Source: the human T2T-CHM13v2.0 reference genome, Homo sapiens
Direction: 5' to 3' (one strand)
Length of the DNA stretch: 64,000 bases
Assembly: GCF_009914755.1 (NCBI RefSeq)
Contig: NC_060929.1
This document shows positions 11,385 through 28,447 of the stretch, piece by piece. Every line of letters begins with the position of its first letter. The first letter of the stretch is position 1. The notes under the pieces are model-generated. The model was not told where the DNA came from, did not search any database, and saw nothing but the letters and a program-made list of their open reading frames with translations. Position numbers and translations under genes: made by a program.

Positions 11385-13924
11385 CAGGCATGTCCCAGAG
11401 ATACTGCAAGTTCAGTTCCAGAACACCACAATAAAGTGAATATTGCAATAAAGTTGGACAAATTTTTTTGGTTTCCCAGTGTATATAAAGTTATGCTTAT
11501 ACTATACTGTAGTCTATTAAGTGTACAATAGCATTATGTTTAAAACAACAAGGTACATACCTGAAGTAAAAAATACTTTTTGCTAAATAATACTAATGAT
11601 CATCTGAGCCTTCTGTGAATCATAATCTTTTTGCGGGTAGATGGTCTTGACTCAATGTTGATGGATGCTGATTGATCAGGGTGGTAGTTGCTGAAGGTTG
11701 AGGTGGCTGTTGCAATTTATTTTATTTTATTATTTATTTATTTATTATTATTTTTTGAGATGGAATCTTGCTCTGTCATCCAGGATGGAGTATAGTGGCA
11801 TGATCTTGACTCACTGCAACCTCTGCCTCCCGGGTTTAAGCAATTTTCTGCCTCAGCCTCCCGAGCAGCTGGGATTACAGTCACGTGCCACCACGCCTGG
11901 GTAATTTTTGTATTTTTAGTAGAGATGGGGTTTCACCATCTTGGCCAGGCTGGTCTTGAACTCCTGAACTTGTGATCCACCCACCTTGGACTCCCAAAGT
12001 GCTGGGATTACAGGCATGAGCCACCACGCCTGGCTGGCTGTTGCAATTTTTAAAAGACAACAATGAAGTTTGCCATATCGATCGACTCTTCCTTTCATGA
12101 AAGATTTCTCTGTAGCATATTATGGTGTTTGACAGCACTTTATCCACAGAACTTCTTTCAAAATTAGAGACAATCCGCTCAAGCACTGTTGCTGCTTTAT
12201 TAACTTTATTAACACAGCTTTATTAATATTGACGTGATATTCTAAATCCTTTGTTGTCATTTCAACAAGATTCACAGCATCTTCATCAGAGTAGATCCCA
12301 CCTCAATAAACCACTCTTTGCTTATCCATAAGAAGCAATTCCTCATCTGTTAAAATTTTACCATGAGGCTGCAGCAATTAAGACCCATCTTCAGGCTCCA
12401 TTTTTAGTTCTAGTTTTTTTTTTTTTCTATTTCCACCACAACTGCAGTGACTTCCTCCACTGAAGTCTTGAGCCCCTCAAAGTCATCTACGAGGGTTGGA
12501 ATCAAGTGTTTCCAAACTCCTATTAATGTTGATATTTTGACCTCCTTCCTTAAATCATGAATGTTCTTAATGGCACCTAGAATGAATGGTGAGTGCGTCC
12601 CAGAAGATGTTCAATTTACTTTGTTCAGATCCATCAGAGGAACTATTTTTTGGTAGCGATAGCCTTTCAAAACGTATTTCTCAAATAATATTTCTCAAAA
12701 ATGACTCCTTAATCTGTGGGCTGCAGAATGGATGTTGTTAGCAGGCCGGAAAACATTAATCTCCTTGTACTTCTCCATCAGAGCTCTTGGGTGACTAGGT
12801 GCATTGTCAATGAGCAGTAATATTTTGAAATAAATCTGGTTTTCTAGGCAGTAGGTCTCAACAGTGGGTTTAAAATATACAGTAAACCATGCTGTAAACA
12901 GATGTGCTCTCATTCAGGCTTTGCTGTTCCATTTAGAGCACAGGCAGAATAGATTTAGTGTAATTCTTAAGGGCCCCACGACTTTCAGAATGGTAAGTGA
13001 ACATTAGCTTCAACTTAAAGTCACCAGCTGCATTAGCCCCTACTGAAAGGGTCAGGTTATCCTTTGAAGCTTTGAAGACAGCTATTGACTTCTCTCCAGC
13101 TATGAAAGTCCTAGATTGGATCTTCTTCCAACATAAGGCTCTCTTGTCTACACTGAAGCTCTGTTGTTTAGTGTACCCACCGCCACCCATGATCTTAGCT
13201 AGATCTTCTGGATAGCTTTCTGCAGCTTCTACATCAGCACTTGCTGCTTCATGTTGTACTTTTATTTTATGGAGATGGCTTCTTACACCTCATGAACCAA
13301 CCTCTGCTAGCTTCCAAATTTTTTATTCTGCAGCTTCCTCCCCTCTGTCAGCCTTCATAGAACAAAAGAGAGAGCCTTGCTCTAGGTTAGACTTCGGCTT
13401 AAGGAAATGTTGTGGCTGGTTTGATCTTCTATCCATACCACTCAAACCTTCTCTATGTCAGCAAGAAGGTTATTTTGCATTCTTATCATTTGTGTGCTCT
13501 CTGAAGTAGCATTTTTAATTTCCTCCAAGAACTTTTCCTTTGCATTCACAACTTGGCTAACTCTTTGGCACAAGAGGCCCAGTGTTGGGCCTGTGTTGGC
13601 TTTCGACATGTCTTCCTCACTAAGCTTAATCATTTCTAGCTTTTGATTTAAAATGAGAAACCCAAAACACCCCATAAGAATTCCAACATTAACATCAGAG
13701 ATTAATGATCACAGATCTCTATAACAAGGATAATAATGAAAACATTTGAAATATTACAAGAATTACCAAAATGTGGCACAGAGACATGAAATGAGCACAT
13801 GCTGCTCGAAAAATGGTGCTAATAGATTTGCTTGTTGCAGTGTTGCTACAAACCTTTAACTTGTAAAAAACATACTATCTGTGAAGCACAATAAAGCGAA
13901 ATGTAATAAAACAAGGTATGGCTG
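11385..13924 (-). mobile_element. Tigger1 DNA transposon (TcMar-Tigger), near full length with degenerate pogo-type transposase, interrupted by an Alu
   Basis: Termini are CAGGCATGTCCCAGAGATACTGC and AATAAAACAAGGTATGGCTG|TA. Transposase remnants appear in ORFs 13442..13675 (LEMIKLSEE...[16 protein letters not shown]), 12933..13190 ([11 protein letters not shown]) and 12695..12913 ([16 protein letters not shown]). Confidence 0.93.
11719..12035 (-). mobile_element. AluS (Sg-like) nested in Tigger1
   Basis: Dimeric Alu with a (TTTA)n tail. 14-bp TSD GGCTGTTGCAATTT at 11705-11718 and 12036-12049. Confidence 0.93.
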
Positions 13925-15224
13925 TATGTCTGAGAACACGTATTGTAGCATTGTTAGTTATAGCAAAATTTAGAAACAATGTGAATATCTATCAATGGAG
14001 AAATGATTTAATGTCATAGCTTACCTATGCTTTAGAATATCTGCAGCTCTTTCAAGGAAGGTAAATTGGCCTGGAGGGATGTGTATATTACTGAGTAATA
14101 TGTCTAGTGTGATCTCAGTTTTGTAAACAAAACAAAGTCATATCTGTTCATTCATTAATGTTAATATACGTATTCATAGATACAGAGAAAGGTATGGAAA
14201 GACATACACCAAACTAGCAACCTTAGTTACCCTGAGATATGGAACCGTAAATATAGTATTATTTGACTGGATGCTATAAACAAGCATTTCTTTTGTAAGA
14301 AAAGGAAGGGAAGACATCATGTTTAATGTTTTGTCAGGGCAGGATTCTTAAGATTCTTCAGTCTGCACTGGACTCTTCTTGGGAAAACTTAAGCATCTTT
14401 AATGAGCACAACTTTCTCATTCCTGTGAGCTTAATATCTGCTTTACTGAACTGTCCACCTGTTCCCAGAGTGGACAGGGAGTCAGCCCATTCCCTTTCTT
14501 TGCACAACAGCACTTCAGATACTTGAGGACAGCTCTCAACCCATCTCCTCTCCACTTTCATAGATTATACCAAGACTCAGCCTCCAATCTTCACACCTCA
14601 ATAATGGTGAGCTCAGGCCACTTGGCCTCCACAAATGCTTTGCTTCACTGAACACAATCTACCAGCACAGGCATTTATTATTCCAAAGAAGACATGTGCT
14701 TTCTGTTTCTGTATGTTAAAACAGACTTCCCTTTGTAATCGTCCATATCATATCATCAAGTAAAATTCCCAGGTCTTTTTTCAAATGAAGTAATATACCA
14801 AGTTGAATCTATTCTATACTATTTGACTGTTTTGAACTTGAATGTGATTTCCTAACCTCTCCTCCTAGATCTGTTGCTTTCTCTTAAAATGCAGAGGTAG
14901 GAAATGGTATGTGTGTGAATGTGGGAGATGGTGGTAGGAATCTACTGAACAGTAGATTCTGGATAATTGGATTTTTCTGTCTAATAAAGGCTATTGGTCA
15001 GAAGATGAACAAATGAGTTAGGGAGGTGGAGAAGACAATGGCAATGTTCTGAATTCAGGCATGAGGGTGGGAGAGACCGTAAATCTTCTCTTCCTCAATG
15101 GCTGAGCTGAATTTGAATGTAGTGATTCTAGAAAATAAATTGTTATATGAAGTGGATGAAGATGAAATAACTCCAGAGAAGAAGGTTTGCTGGTTCCAAG
15201 GAGAGACAGCAGGAATAGGCGTGT

Positions 15225-15225
<1 letters not shown>

Positions 15226-15263
<38 letters not shown>
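15226..15263 (+). repeat. (CA)19 microsatellite, read as (UG)19 in the PPP2R2B pre-mRNA
   Basis: Perfect dinucleotide run. Confidence 0.97.
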
Positions 15264-15265
<2 letters not shown>

Positions 15266-18200
15266 GGAGATAAAAAGTAAACAGGATGGGATGAGCAAGA
15301 GAAGAGAGTATCTGAGAAAAGAAGCAGAAATAAGACTCTATAGAATAAAAAGATGCCAAGCTTTCAGAAATAAGAATGGAGAAAAAGAAGAAAGCAGGGA
15401 GGTGAAGTAATATTCTAGTCTGGGCTCTTTAGATTTTAAGAACAGAAACCTTCCTAAACTTACTTAAAAAAAAAACCCAAAAGGATTACTGAAGTACAGA
15501 AAAATATTACAGATCATCAAGACTGAAATGGAGCATATGAAATAGAACAGGGACTTGGCAAGCTGTTAGGAACCTCGAAAAATGTGCTTTGTTTTTCTGT
15601 TTCTCTCTTTGTCTGTCTTGCTTAGGGGCCACCTGGTCTCTTAAACGCCTTCTCTCTGCATGTCTGGCCCTTTCTCCTCTTTTTACCAATGACTTCATCT
15701 GTTTACCAGTCTGAATATGGCCTCCAATGAGTCACTCCAGCCCAGATTTTATAACACTTTCAGCCCAATTGCTCAGTGCTATCAGAAAGGAGAGAAGGAA
15801 ACAAGCAGGCAGAGAAACAAAGTGGGAAGAAGGAAGCATCAGAGCCCTGTAATTGGGTCTCATCCTTGTCCCTTGGACATCCCATATTCGTAATCACATC
15901 CACACCTTTTCCTAGGATATTCCTTTGTTCACCTCACTTCTATCCACCCATCCATATCCCTAAATCATCCCAGAACCTGACTGCTGCAGTTAACAGAGCT
16001 CATCTCATTCCTCCTTTCTTATATGTACCCACTGTGATGAAGAATAATTGGATACATTTAAGAGTCCTAAAGAAAACGATTCTCTAGCTTCCTTCTTCAA
16101 CCTGTCACTATTTTGACAACCCTCCTGGAATCATTTTGTAACTTGAGCTCCTAGTGTTTTAATCTAGATTTCTAACAGTGTCTTGTATAAGGAGGGCAAA
16201 GCACAAGTGGTCACTATTCCCTAGCTAGAAATTTTATTTTGTTTGGAATGTTATAATTGCCTTTCAATCTTCTTTAGGCAATGAACCCATTTATGTAATT
16301 CTCCCTCATAATTTCCCCCCACTTCCCTGCCAATCTTAGAAGTGCTATGAGCCCTTTTCATGGCAATCACATTCTTTTTAAAAACTAGATCCTCAAACCA
16401 TATTAGAGTAAGAATTTATCCTGAACTGAAGAAAATTACGTAATTACTTCTTCTGGAACAACACACTATTTGGGGTGACTTATGCCTGGTCTACTTTTAA
16501 GTAACACTTTCATGTTATTCACTAAAACCCTGAGATCTTTTTTCTGCAACTTTACTTTGGCTGTGTTTCCACTTTCTACACATGAACTGTTGAGTTTTCT
16601 CCCCACATGTCCCAGCACTATGCTCTGTCCTTTTAGAACTCTGAATCCTATCTATTCCCTTCAAGTTTTCAAGGTTGTCATCCATTTCTGTACTGCTTTC
16701 TGACCTCTTTGCCCCCAAATGTTGTGAACTGCATTGCCATAGAATGGAAGGAAGCAGGGCACGGGTGGCATGGACGGAGGTTATTGCCTTTGAGGACTGT
16801 AGACTCCATTAATTCATTTTCTTCCTGAAGGAAGGAATATAAATTATTTTCTCCAATAGCCAAAGCAGAGGACCTTTTTAAAAAACCATCAAGCTCTGAG
16901 GCTAACAGAAAGGAAAGGAAAACCTAAAAAGAAGGGAAAACTAATCATAGAGAGGGAAAAGAGAACAAATGTGCAGTTCATTTAAAATCACTGTAGTTGA
17001 ACATCAAATTATGGTACCTGACTTCCACCTATTTTACATTCTATTTAGTATTTATTTTGCCTCTAATCTAGGAATACAATTATGTACTGAATTGTATCAC
17101 ATATGCATTTAATATGTGAATTCAACTATATATGCTTAGAATAATATGAAAAAAGGAAAGAAGCAAATTTAAATAATGGGTCAGAGGTCCCAGGGAGTAT
17201 GAGATGGGGGAGGGGAGTTAATTTGCTCTTTCTTTAGACCAATGGTCTGGGTGGATCTCATCTCTGAGCATCGTGGGATGTTGAATAAGTTACTAAGGTT
17301 TAAGGAAGTATATTTTTCACAAATGGCCCCTCATATTGTTTGCATAGTTTATATTCTACATTATTCTTTATATCCTATATATTTATATGTATATATTATT
17401 CTATATAGAGTTAATAAAAACAAACAAATCTTATGGGTGATTTATGGGATTTTTCAAGAGTATTTTTACCAAACCTGGTGCTTGCTTTATGGGGCGACTT
17501 TGGAACCTAACCTCTGTAAAACTGCCACTTTAATGACCCTTTAAAAAGTGCTTACTGTCCCCTGTATGCTTTACATACGTTACCTCCTTTAAGCTTCACA
17601 AAAATCCTGCATAGTTGATACCATACATATTTTACAGACTTTAAAGAGCTGAGGCTCAGTGAGGTTAAATGACATAATAAGTCATGAGGTCCTCGGGATC
17701 AGCAGAACTAGGATTCAAATACCATCTGAACCTTACAGAGAATGGTCAATACCATGGCATTTTTTTCTGGTGACGTTACTATATTTCCAGTATAAAGAAG
17801 ATTTATGGATTATCTAGATCTTTAAACATGAATTCCTCTTGTATTAGAGGGAAAATAAGGCTAGCTTCAGGTTTCTCTCTGCAGTAAACTCAATGTCAGA
17901 ATCATAACCAAAAAATGTTCACAAAATTATGACACTTTTATATCTTTCAGGTTGTGATTAGCATAGGAGTAAAGCTCATAAGCAGGCAAAAACTCAGTGA
18001 ACACAGTATCTGTATTATTTTCCATCATATCCTTGGCATCCAGGACACAGGACATTACACAGAACAGATATTCAACAAATGTTTGTTGAATGAATTTAAA
18101 AGAATTTAAAAACAAAATCAGATTTTTCTCATTCAGAGATTCCTAAACTGGCTTTTAAAAAAATCAGAATCACCTGAGAGTTCTTAAAGAGCAATAGAAA

Positions 18201-18362
18201 ATACAGACTTCGAGATGAACTCAGTTGGTCTGAGGTGAGGCTTAGGTATCCTGATTTTTTTTTAAAGCTCTCCAAATAATTGAGGGAAAATTAGAATAGT
18301 GTTTTCTAAAACTCAGTCCTTTTAGTACCCCTTCAGATTTTCTTATCTGTTTTATGTGTACT

Positions 18363-18363
<1 letters not shown>

Positions 18364-18402
<39 letters not shown>

Positions 18403-18685
18403 TTGAGACAGAATCTTGCTCTGTGACCCAGGTTGCAGTGCAGTGGCGCAATGTCGGCTCACTGCAACCTCCGCCTCCCGGGTTCAAACAATTCTCTTGT
18501 TTTAGCCTTCTGAGTAGCTGGGACTACATGCATGTGCCACCAGGCCTGGCTAATTTTTATATTTTTAGTGGAGACGGGGTTTCATCATGTCAGCCAGGCT
18601 GGTCTCGAACTCCTGACTTCAAGCGATCCGCATGCCTGGCCTCCTAAAGTACTGGGATTATAGGCATGAGCCACTGCACCCGGCC
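18364..18685 (-). mobile_element. AluS (Sx/Sz-like) with (TTTA)n tail
   Basis: Full dimer: GAGACAGAATCTTGCTCTGTGACCCAGG ... GAGCCACTGCACCCGGCC. Confidence 0.92.
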
Positions 18686-21600
18686 CACTTAGTATTTTCT
18701 TTAAACTGATTTGCTTTTAGTTAACTAACTTTATTTTGATAGGGAACTTTACACTGTAACACATGGAAAACCAGTTTTCTATGAATTGTCAAAAAAGAAG
18801 AAAATTATAAAAATAAATACAATAAAAATTGTTTTTAAATTCTAGCCAGATAGAGTCATCTGAAAAGACAGAGTGTAAGGTCAGTTCTCAGTTTAAAAAA
18901 ATCAAGATTTGTAAGTGTTATGAGAGAGGTTAAAAAATATTAACATCAAACTGAGACTTTGGGCTTGATGTCATCAGAATAATTTATAAAGCAAGAAAGG
19001 AGGGAATAACTTCCTCAATTATGTGATTCAATATTACTTACAGTTGTGTCTTACATCAACAGAAACACATATCCTAGACTTTGGGAAACACAATGATATA
19101 CACAAAGGTAGTATGTTAGGTGATTCATGTATGTTGATTTTAAGTATTTATAGAAAATGTACTGTGTCAGGCAAAATATTGGGTCTTGAGAATAGAAAAA
19201 CACGTCTCTGTCCTTAGGTTGTCCAGTGTTATTTCACATACCTTCTCCCCATTAAGAACCGCTAAATGGTGGGTTTGATGAGTTATTTGCATAAACAAAT
19301 AGAGCTGGGATTCCTGGCTGGACACTGAAGGCCTCTGTCTCTCAACCATATGTAACTGCAGCTTTCAAACCTGGTAAAGGGTAGGATTGTCTTTTACATT
19401 TGCTTCCTATAATCATGACACAGTAGTGCCTAATACTTACTGTGGGCTTTCTGTGTGCCACTCCATCAAACACATTGTGTAATTTATCCCATCTAATCCT
19501 CACAAGTACTGCATGAAGCAGATACTATAAGTGACGGCTGACTTCACTTCTCAGATGAGAAAACTGAGGCACAGCTGTAAAAGGAGACATTATACATCCC
19601 AGAGAGCACAAAACTACATCCTCTGTTTTACCTGACTGGCTGAATCCCTGCCTATGGCTTTTCTTCTATTGTATTACCTGCTATTGCTATTTAAATCCCA
19701 TTTGCTTATCCTGGTGTGATCAGAAAAGGAGCATGTGACTCCAAGGGTGGTCTCATTAACTTCTGGTTATTAAAGAGGAAAATGTGGAGGACTCGGGGAC
19801 AGGTACAGATGGGGATGGTTGGACTAAGAATTAAGTTAAACGATAAGCAAAACGGAGAGAATAAAGGGAATATTTCACTAGAGGTTAAGAGAAAAATAAT
19901 GAGCTCTTTTTTAAACACAAAAGGAGAATATAAGTGGTGAAGACGGAAGCCAGGCTGCTGGAGCTTGGCAGGGGGTAATTTATTGATCGACAAGTAAGAA
20001 TGTGCCAAAAAGAAAGACATAGGGAAGCAAAATTATTTGCTGCTGCTTTCACAATGGGAGACATCCAAGGAGGCAAGAGGAGATGTAAATTTCCCAGGGG
20101 AAGAAGATTATGAAGCAACATTCTTGTTTTCGAGTCCTCAAAAGGCAAAGCATTGGTTTTTGATGTTGAACAAGGATCAAACCACACAATTGCCCCTGGG
20201 TACTGACAGACATCTGAAGCTGTTTGGGGTACAGGAAACAGAGACTAAATATTCCTGAGTCTTGAGTAGAGTCAGAGAAGTCCTGAATTTGCTCAGGGAA
20301 GGGGCTCAAAGGGTTTCTGTGGATTTTCCTAGAGAAAGGGGTAGAGTCTGGAATTAGAGGCAAAAAAATAGCTCTCAAGGATACTGCTGGAGACATGGGG
20401 GTGGGGGGAATGCTTGAAAGACACATAAAGGGTAAGCAGACTTTGTTCGCATGTACCAGATTAAAGTTACATTATCTATCCCATCACAGAAAACTGCTTG
20501 CAGAAACTGAGATGGATAAAGACAGCTAGAGAAAATGGACACCATAGTTTGGTTCAGCATGCAAACAAATAAAGATGGCAGACCAACCTCCCTCCCTCTA
20601 TAAGTAGTATATGCAGCTGTTCTATTTGAGTATTCATTTAACACTTTCTTGTTAATTTCCAAGTTCTATAAAGACTCTGACTCACAACTCTCTCCGACGA
20701 TTTATTTTTTCCTTCACGAGAACTCTCTAGTTTAAAATGACATTCTATTCTAGATATATTTATAGGCATGTACATTTTTTTGTCTTGAAATATAGAAAAT
20801 GGGATAAACCCAGATCCTGAGATGTGACACCAAATATAGGGAGGCATTTTTATTTTTTAAGGTTGCAGGGAAGCTAAGTTTACAGACTGTTTGGAATTTT
20901 ATTCTCTCAACATATATGGCACTTGCAAATGCTTCTGTTCATACATTTTTCTTTCTTTCCTAGAAGGGACCAATGCCAATAAAGCTCATCTGTCTGAGTT
21001 ATGGTTTTTTCCTTCTGATAATCAGCAAGAATTATGCAAAGGCACAGTGTTGTTATCAAACAGAAATATAGAGCAATCTAATTCTACCTGATAATTTGGC
21101 ATGGCACATTGTTTTTCCAGAATCTATCTTACCACAGATGCTGGCGGGATGATTTTTATAGGAAAGCAGTCCAATTAAGAGGAAAATTTCTGTAAAGTAC
21201 AAATGTCTAATATTGTATCTTAATTTGCAAACGTTAACTGGGTTAATAATGAACTTGTGCTGGAAGAAAAGATTATTTTTTTCCCTTAGTGGTCAAGACA
21301 AAGGAGAAAATATCAACAGAACTTTTTTTGGGTTTGTTTTTATCTAAGGAAAAGTAACCTATTTAGAAGATTTTTTTTTATTGCTACTAGAAAATAGACA
21401 TAAAGTCTAATATTCAATAGTGGATCCTTTAACCTGAGGGGAAATGCATGGCCCAGGCTGAGAATTCTGCATTTTTGGTGACTAATGATTGAAGCAGAGA
21501 ATCTAAAGGAAGATTCAAAACTAGACCCTTGACTTTAACAGCTTTCCAGACAACTGTACCTGCCATCAGCCCAGAGGCCCCTCACATGAGACTTAACTGT

Positions 21601-22824
21601 AGCTTCTTCCCTAGAAAGGAGTGACTCCTGAGCATGTAACCTTTCTTAGCTCAGTGAGAACTTGAAAGTTTACTGAGCTTTCAAAAACAGGCATTAGAGG
21701 GTGAACTCACTTACCTCCCTTTATCCACAGAATCTCAAACTGACGATTTTTTTCATCATCATCTTATCTGCACTTGCAGTTTCCCATTCTCAGGGGAATT
21801 TTCTTCCAGCAAGGGATAGAAATATTCACTAAGAAGTCTTACATGTTGAGGTCAGTATGTCTTAGGCAAATAAACTCTGACCATACGACCAAGTTAGAAG
21901 TCTCTTCCCTCTTATCTGTCCTTTTATAAATGTATTCTTCCATCCAAAAGTAGCAACTGGAGTCTCCCAGTTATCTCTCTGTTCTGAGCATTCCTGATTT
22001 CCATCTTGGAGCTAGCTACCTATTATTGAATGGTTAGTACTAAAAGTCAGATACTGTGCTAATATTTTTTTCTGATAACAAGTCCTATGAGATACTTTAA
22101 ATAATATTATCCCTACTTGGTTGATGATAAAACTGATATGGTGAGAGCTTAAGTAAAAGGCTCAGAGTCATACAAAGACAGAGCTAGGATATGAACCTGG
22201 AGTTGTCACTCTAAAGCCCTAGACTCTCTCCCATGACGATTTCAACTATGGGATTTCTGCCCCTATTACACAATAAGTAGAAATAAGTCTGCCCAACATT
22301 TCTCCTGGCAGTAAGAACATTTTGCTCACAATTTTGAACGAACAATTATTCTGTTTTAAAGTATCCATGTGACTCATTCCCTCAGCTCCTACATCCCTTT
22401 GTGTACTGTCTTGATGCACTTTTTGGGTCTGTTCATATATTTCCCTTCTGGTCCTAAGGAATGTAATTGACAGCTCATACATCTTGGGTTGTGTTGTAAT
22501 TTTGAGAATATGCTTCCCTTTAAAATACACCAAGGTGGAATAAAATGTCTCCTCCATCATTGGCAGCAGGAATATCTGGGCTGGACAAACATGTGGCTCC
22601 CTTTCAATGTAGGTGCCAAACTCCCTCTCAAAAGTTCTGGGAACTTAGTTTACATCTATTCTGAAGAATGAACCAGTCTCCCCCAAAGTGTTATCCACTC
22701 TGTTTAGAGTAGCCCAGAAGAAGCACAAGACTTAGTATTTCTTGAGCTTTGCTGTACAAGTTAGTAGTTACTCAGTGTTGGCACTTCTCCAACTAGGATC
22801 TTTCAGGCTTTCACATTCAGCTAG

Positions 22825-23144
<320 letters not shown>

Positions 23145-24194
23145 GATACTTGGTATTTTATACAACATAAATTGTGATGAAAATCTGAGTATTGCCCAAA
23201 CAACTTAAGCTTTTGAATCTTTATTGAGCATCTTCTGACTTGCTATCTTTCATTCAATCTTTGTTTTTATGTTCCCCCTCACCCCGCTATAAATACCCTG
23301 GTATCCTGGACTGTGGGATAGCAGGTTAGTTGCAATTGGTCTGTCTCAGAGATTTTTGCCCAGTGAATGAAAGGAAAATGGCAACAATAACAACCATGAT
23401 TGTTATGGCAATTACAAGGTAGAGAAATCTAGGATGAAACATATAGCAAGTGCAATATTAAGCATGCTCCCTGTTAAAGTCTGGGAAAGCCTTGGTGGCT
23501 GCTATTGTTAGATTAGCAGTAAATGCTGTTAGCAAATGCCATAGAAACAAATTGCCCCTTTCTGGAGCCAGTGGGCATTTGTCTTTGTCGTTCCTCTGGG
23601 CATGGGGCTCAGTTTTCTTTGCATGGACAGCAGAGGAAATCCTGCTTTGGAGGAAAGCAGCAGCTCTTTTTTATGGTTCTGCACTGTTAACCAACCTCAG
23701 TCACTTCTCTCTCTCTCTCTCTGGTCCACTGCTTGCACAGAAAATTGAGGTAATGATTTATATGTCGTAAGCAGTTCTGACAGGTGCACTCTATCTTGGC
23801 TTCCTCCTGCCCCAGGACTAATCGGAAGCTTATCTTTTCCTTTGTGTAATAGGGAGCTGTCAGGTTCTATGACCCTCCAAACAATTCAATCACTCATGGG
23901 CGGATTCACCTTGGAGGGAGGACGCCTTGATATTGGAGAAACCCGGTGGAGGCCATGCCCTGACATGTATTGAAACAATGGCAGCTGGGGGCTAGAGGGC
24001 AACATGGCCAAACTGACAAAATGTCATTTACTTCCTAAATTTAAACTCTTCTGCCAGGAACTATCTAGGCGGCTTTTCCATGTTGGTGAACATCCTGTCT
24101 TCAGTGCAGAACATTTAGCTATCTGGGCAAAGTAGGGCTGTTCCAAAAAATGACCTGTACAGAGAAGCGAGGGCTTGCATTGCTCATGGGGAAA

Positions 24195-24705
24195 AAAGCG
24201 AGTTCCTTAACAAGACCTATGGTGCCCAGCATGATCTGGCCATAAGCTGCCTCACCACCTGCATCTTACTGGTACCACACATCCCCTGCACTCAGCTTCA
24301 GCCACCTGGGCCCTCCTTCCACACTGTGTTTTTCTGTGCTACCTCCTACCTGATGGGCTTTGTGCATGTCACCGCCTCTGCCTAGAACATTCTTTCTGCT
24401 CCTCTTCTTACTTTCCTCCTGCTGTGGTTTAAATATTAATTGCTCAGGAAATTATCCTCTGCTCTCCCTGAAAAGATCAAATTCTCCCCATCATCTGCTC
24501 TCCTGTACACCATTCACCTTTCCTCTAGAGGCCCCATTACACTGTCGGCTTTACATTAGGAGCATTTTATGCATGCTTTTTCCAACCCAAAGAGATGGCT
24601 AGCTCCATGAAGGCAGGAACCATATCTTTCATGTTCACTTCTATAACTCCAGGACTAATCATAGTACCTGGCTTACAGTAGGGACTTAATAAGTGCTTGT
24701 GGAAT
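24195..24705 (+). mobile_element. L2 3' fragment
   Basis: GGGCTTTGTGCATG..CCTCTGCCTAGAAC..AGCTCCATGAAGGCAGGAACCAT..AGTACCTGGCTTACAGTAGG..TAATAAGTGCTTGTGGAAT. Confidence 0.7.
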
Positions 24706-25440
24706 TAGTTTTTAAAATGCATAGCAAGAAACCGAGGTGGTGCTTATGTTCTTAATTGGTTTGACCGTCAAGTAGTGCAACGGCATATCTAATTGGGACT
24801 GGTGTGGCGGTCACCTCTGAGTCCATCTGCGTAAAGGATTTTAGTATGGGAAGGAATAATGATAACCAAGTGTGGCTTTGTTTTGTCACTTCTATCTTAA
24901 TCTCTAACCTTATAACTCCTGAACTCCTATCTTTGTTGTCTGCTTTGTCTGCTTTGACGATCTTATGTTTCCCTCATAGGATGCTTTTCTTAGATGCTCT
25001 TTGAATTTGGAGAGCCTATGATTTAAAAATTCAAGCTTTCAGAAGTTTCTAAACATCTGTATATTTGGTTTTGAACTGGCAAGATAATTGGACAGAGTTT
25101 TCGCTTTGTATCTGGATGTTTTCGCATTAAATAGTCAGTGTCCTTATTTAATTGAATGTTGCAGAACTCTCACTCCCTGAAAATAATGAGAGGAAGTGAG
25201 ATCACAGAGTAGAGAAGAAAATGTTGAGAAAGAACTCAGGCAGTTTCTAAATACACAATGGGATTGACTGTAATGTTAGGCAGGGGCAAATGAAGTACAT
25301 GCCGTCACCATTTTTTTTTGTTTGTTTGTTTGCGGTTCAGGATTGCTTTATTTTTCACATTAATGGTATCATGCTATGATCTTATACTTTTTAAAAAACT
25401 CATCCCTCCCTCCCTCCCTCCCTCCCTCCCTCCCTCTGTC

Positions 25441-25821
<381 letters not shown>

Positions 25822-26002
25822 TAAGTGGCAGGTAAGATTAATGTTAGGTTAGACAGAAGGAAACATTTGTGAACAGTGATTTGTTTTGGATTGGCTAATG
25901 GTTCTTTTCTGCTTCAAGAAGTCTCTAAAGTAGGATAAAGCCCCCATGGCTCAGAGGGTTAAAAGCCATTGCTGTTGGGAGGCCAGGTAACATGGTGGTT
26001 AA

Positions 26003-28447
<2,445 letters not shown>

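Larger units (their letters stand above)
10680..14290 (+). mobile_element. Ancient L1M (L1ME-like) 3' remnant split by MIR, Tigger1 and Alu
   Basis: Degenerate ORF2-end and 3'UTR-like pieces at about 10680-10860, 11190-11380 and 13926-14290 (e.g. AAAATATGGGCAAAAA; GTAGCATTGTTAGTTATAGCAAAA..AGAAACAA..AATATCTATCAATGGAGAAATG). Confidence 0.6.
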
